Shown: piece by piece, positions 60,152-64,000 of the stretch
Layout of the letters: each line of letters starts with the position of its first letter
Position numbering within the stretch: the first letter of the stretch is position 1
Source of the DNA: Oculina patagonica
Lineage: Eukaryota
DNA length: 64,000 nucleotides
Direction: 5' to 3'
Assembly: GCF_052425735.1 (NCBI RefSeq)
Contig: NC_135761.1
Coordinates: 59,644,001-59,708,000 of the forward strand
The notes under the pieces: model-generated
Database searches by the model: none
Seen by the model: only the letters and a program-made list of their open reading frames with translations
Told to the model about the DNA's origin: nothing
Translations under genes and position numbers: made by a program

Positions 60152-61601
60152 CGACTCGAATTAGGCTTTTTAGCGATGGCTTAAACAGCTGCTTAGTTTG
60201 TTTAAACGAGCAATTGCCAATTACAGGTAAGACCATTGCAAAAGAAAATGTCAAGACCTAACTTTTTCGGCATCAGCGTAAAGAATTATGTTCACGGAAA
60301 GTGAAAACCATGCCATGACTGATAAAAGATTTAATGTTCAAGAAACCTGTTGTCAATCACATTCTTCAGGCTCTGTTTGAATTTTCACTGTGCAAGTGCA
60401 TTTCGAGAACAAAAAGACGCATTTTAATTTTTTGTTGTGCTTGTTCAAAACGTTTTGAGAACAACAGCTGGACAAATGCTACGCAAAGCCAAACAAAAAT
60501 GAAGGAATTTTTTTAAAAAATGCTGTTTTCACACAATTAAACTTGGTGCTCTCTAGAAGCTATGTTTACCCACAGTCAGCCTGCCAATGGAAGTTTTAAA
60601 AGCAATTCAGTTAAAGATGTTTTAAATGACAAGGGCATGGAAAAAGTAGTTGACATGTTAAGTCTTAATTGGTCTTAATTTGTTTTTAACTGCTATCAAT
60701 GAAGTTTAGCAAAAACTAAAATTTAACATTGACAAAACGTTTCTTTCCTTTTGTCTAAGAAAAAGGCAGGTTAAAATCATGATGAATTTTTCAGTCGATA
60801 TCCGTTTGAACCAAGAGCGTATGGCCGTGCTTGTTTCGAGTCCAAGATTTTCTAAAATTGCTCACGGTCATCCCGTCCTTGGAATGAATATTTAAGAAAT
60901 ATATTTACTTTAGTGTAGGACCCGATTGCTTAATTGAACATTCTGACAGCTGAATCCATCAAACGCCATTAGATGACTCGGATTTGGTTAAAAGTGAATT
61001 TCAATTAAAAATAATATTTTCCCATCTTGGCTCTTTTAACTCGAAAAGCATTTTCGTTAGATACCATCGATGATTACAACAATGATGCTGAACGATATGC
61101 AATTAAACTGAACACGAAGTTGCCCATGAAAACAAAACATATTCCTCGCATGTTTGTACTATCTAACGTATAGATATAAATAGTTTTACAATGCTATGGA
61201 ACTTCCCCTCATCATAAAAATATTTTACCAAAGTCAAACGTTACGTGTAAGAATTAACTACAGCTGTAACTAGGGTCTTAACATTTTCACGACGCGTTAT
61301 TTTCAGAAATTAAAGTAGCACCTTAACTTATGCAACACAATTGTCTAATACACTGACTAAAAATTTTCAATACTGTTCTCATGTATCTATGTAAACAAGT
61401 TAGAAGCTAAATCTCATAGAAATCGACCACCTCCAGAACGCCAGCTCCTTAATGGTCACTAATGGAGGATATATATGACAACGTGTGCAATATTAAGCGG
61501 TAAGAATCCAGCTTGTACATTTCTATGGTAAAAGTTGTCAAATTGTGGAACATTGATAGAAAATTAAAAGATATTCAAGACTTCGCTCATTCAAAGCCAA
61601 T

Positions 61602-62617
61602 ATGAACCTTTCCACCGAGGTTGTATTCAACACGAATTGTGATACAGTGGCTTTGCCTTTCTTGCCAACAAGCGCGCATCTTTTCACTGATCTTTACGTT
61701 GTTTTCGTTTTGACAACGATCGCTTTACTGACTGCACTACCTTTTACGCTTTTATTGAACGCGTTGGTGATGATGGCAGTTAGATCCACTCGTCGACTTC
61801 AAACGAAATCAAATATCTTGCTTGCTTGCTTGGCAGCGACGGATTTTATGGTCGGTTTGACAGTCCAGCCTCTTTTCATTACAATGGAAATTTTCTTTCT
61901 TGAAGGAAACAGAGTCAATGGATTTTGTACTCTGAAAAACCTTTCGGGACACCTCTTTCACATTCTCTGCGTTGTGTCGCTGTTTCATTTGGTGTTGATA
62001 AGCTTGGAACGTTGCTTAGCAATTAAACATCCTTTTTACTACGACAATCACATCACATCTACACGTTTAATACTGCTGCTGCTATAGCATAGACAATTGC
62101 AATGTTATCCAAAATATTGGATATTTTTGCCATTACCAAGAAATCTTTTGTCATCACAACACATGATGTTTTAACAATTTTGAGTATCAGCCCCGTTATT
62201 GTTGCCTCTCATGTCGCAGTTTACATAGAGGCACGTCAACACCAACAACAAATCGTTTCGCAGCAAGTTCCACTTGAAGCCAAACAAGAATTTGTGAAAG
62301 AAAAGAAAGCACTGAAAACAACGAGTTTTATTATTTCAACAGTTTTACTTTGTTATCTTCCTTCAATAATATTAATGGTCATTAATTTAGTTGAGACAAT
62401 GGAAGTTAAATTCCCATACATGTTTTCTTTTCTTGCAATTGCTCTGTCGTTACTGAATTCGTTAATGAATCCGTTGATTTATGCGGCTAGAAACAAACAA
62501 TTTCGGGTGGCATTTGTTCAGCTGCTGTTCCGAAGACGTCTGGAACAAGCAGAAGAAATTGAAATGCGGGTTTTTCGTTCTGCGAACGTGGTTGTCAGAC
62601 TTCAAGAACAGCCCTAG
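61602..62617 (+). pseudogene. Class A GPCR paralogue 3, probable pseudogene
   Basis: Two ORFs in different frames make one receptor; frameshift at ~62075 plus TAG at the conserved TM4 Trp position (GCA TAG ACA). Confidence 0.82.
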
Positions 62618-63738
62618 GGTTATGATCGATAGCTGGTACAGTGTGTTTCCTTTAGCTCGTTCTTGTAGTTGTTGTTTTTCTCTAGTCTGCTTATTCTCAA
62701 TTTAATTTTCTCTAATTTATACTTGTATTCATTTGAAATTCTTTACCAACTAAAAATTAACTAGCATTTACTAGTTTTTGGAACCTATAGGTGTTTCTTC
62801 ATGTTAATGTACATTTCTTTTTTTTGACATTTTAAAATACTTTTTTAAAGATAAAGACTGTACGGGCAATACTCGAGTTTAACACACAAGGGGAACATCA
62901 GACTTTTTTGACATTTATAATAATACTACTAATAATAAAGTTTTTTGGGCGCATTTAAAGAACTCAATGAGCTTACATTTCTATATTAAAAAAGAGGTTT
63001 ATATTTTACTATATAATCTGAAATCACCTTGCTTTACCTACCATACCTACCATACCATTGCCTTTGATCTTTGATTTGCACGCTAATAAATATTTTATCG
63101 ACATTGAAAAGTTCTCTGTCGACAAAAGACCTCACAAAAAACTTAAGTATGTTTGTAAGTTTGCTGAAAAAAAATGACGAAAACAAGACGTTCTTTCCGT
63201 TTAAATTGTTCCTTTTCAAAATATGTATAAGTATATTATATTAACTAATGTAACTTATGTAAAGTTAGATTAAGTAATGTAAATAAGTTAATCAATATTG
63301 ACTAATGTAAATTTACAAATTTATTTGAAGGTGTAAAATTAATGTTTTTAAAACATAATTTCATGTTTGTTTGCCAATCAAGCGAATCAAACAACACACA
63401 TGGAACTGTCAAAACTGTTCAGAGAGGTAACGTTCCAAAACTTTGACTGCGGGCTCTATTACGTCATCACTGTAGTGGATGTGATCACGTGTTCCATGTG
63501 GCCAGGCAGCGGTCAGCGGGTACATATCAAGAACAGGAATTCCTGCCATACACATGGCGTTTGTTGCGTAGGTGTGGAACAGTTGGACTCTCTGAGGAAA
63601 AAGAAATAACGTTGCTTAGCTTTCTAACTAAATAGCAGCTGCTTATAGAAGCGTATTATTAATCCGAACGTTGAATCAAAGTACTTTTTGATTTTAATTT
63701 CTTTTCGCGGCCGAGAAATGGTCAACATGCGTTGATGT

Positions 63739-63800
<62 letters not shown>

Positions 63801-63901
63801 GCAGTGAATAAAACAGTCAAACAGTCAGTCAGTCAGTCAGCCAGCCAGCCAGCCAGCCAGCCGCCGCGCAGCCAGCCAGCCAGACAGACAGACAGACAGA
63901 C
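63739..63901. repeat. Compound tetranucleotide microsatellite (AATC)n / (CAGT)n / (CAGC)n / (CAGA)n
   Basis: Directly visible. Confidence 0.95.
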
Positions 63902-64000
63902 AACTCCTGTCACGGGAAAAAATTAACAATTATTATGCATCTCACCGGGCTGGTATGAAATCTCCATTTAGTTAAGTTATCTCCCGTATACATCTTTTTC

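Overview
Eukaryotic (animal) genomic DNA. It is AT-rich, has GT-AG introns, single-exon rhodopsin-type GPCRs and dense MITEs, and is most consistent with a cnidarian such as a stony coral (inference). Host genes are the last exon of a fibrinogen-domain gene, a 6-exon N-acylated adenylate-kinase-like gene (-), PIGV (-, 4 exons) head-to-head with a C2H2 zinc-finger gene (+), and four GPCRs, three of them paralogues and one of those a pseudogene. The main discovery is a 17.7-kb DNA transposon (37929-55674) with ~430-bp terminal inverted repeats and a target-site duplication. It encodes an intron-containing IS3/IS481-like (IS3EU-type) DDE transposase reading in from the left TIR and an alpha-kinase (eEF2K/ALPK/TRPM7-kinase family) reading in from the right TIR. 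It has been invaded by an intact BEL/Pao LTR retrotransposon with apparently identical LTRs, a P-type foldback MITE, a second TIR element holding Penelope-like RT fragments, and a 147-bp MITE inside the kinase. Removing the nested inserts leaves a ~6-kb convergent transposase plus alpha-kinase element. Other oddities include a head-to-head tRNA-like hairpin retro-insertion, a 1.95-kb near-palindromic Kolobok-type element and a minimal hammerhead-ribozyme remnant. All exon boundaries and alignments were read by eye; no searches were run.
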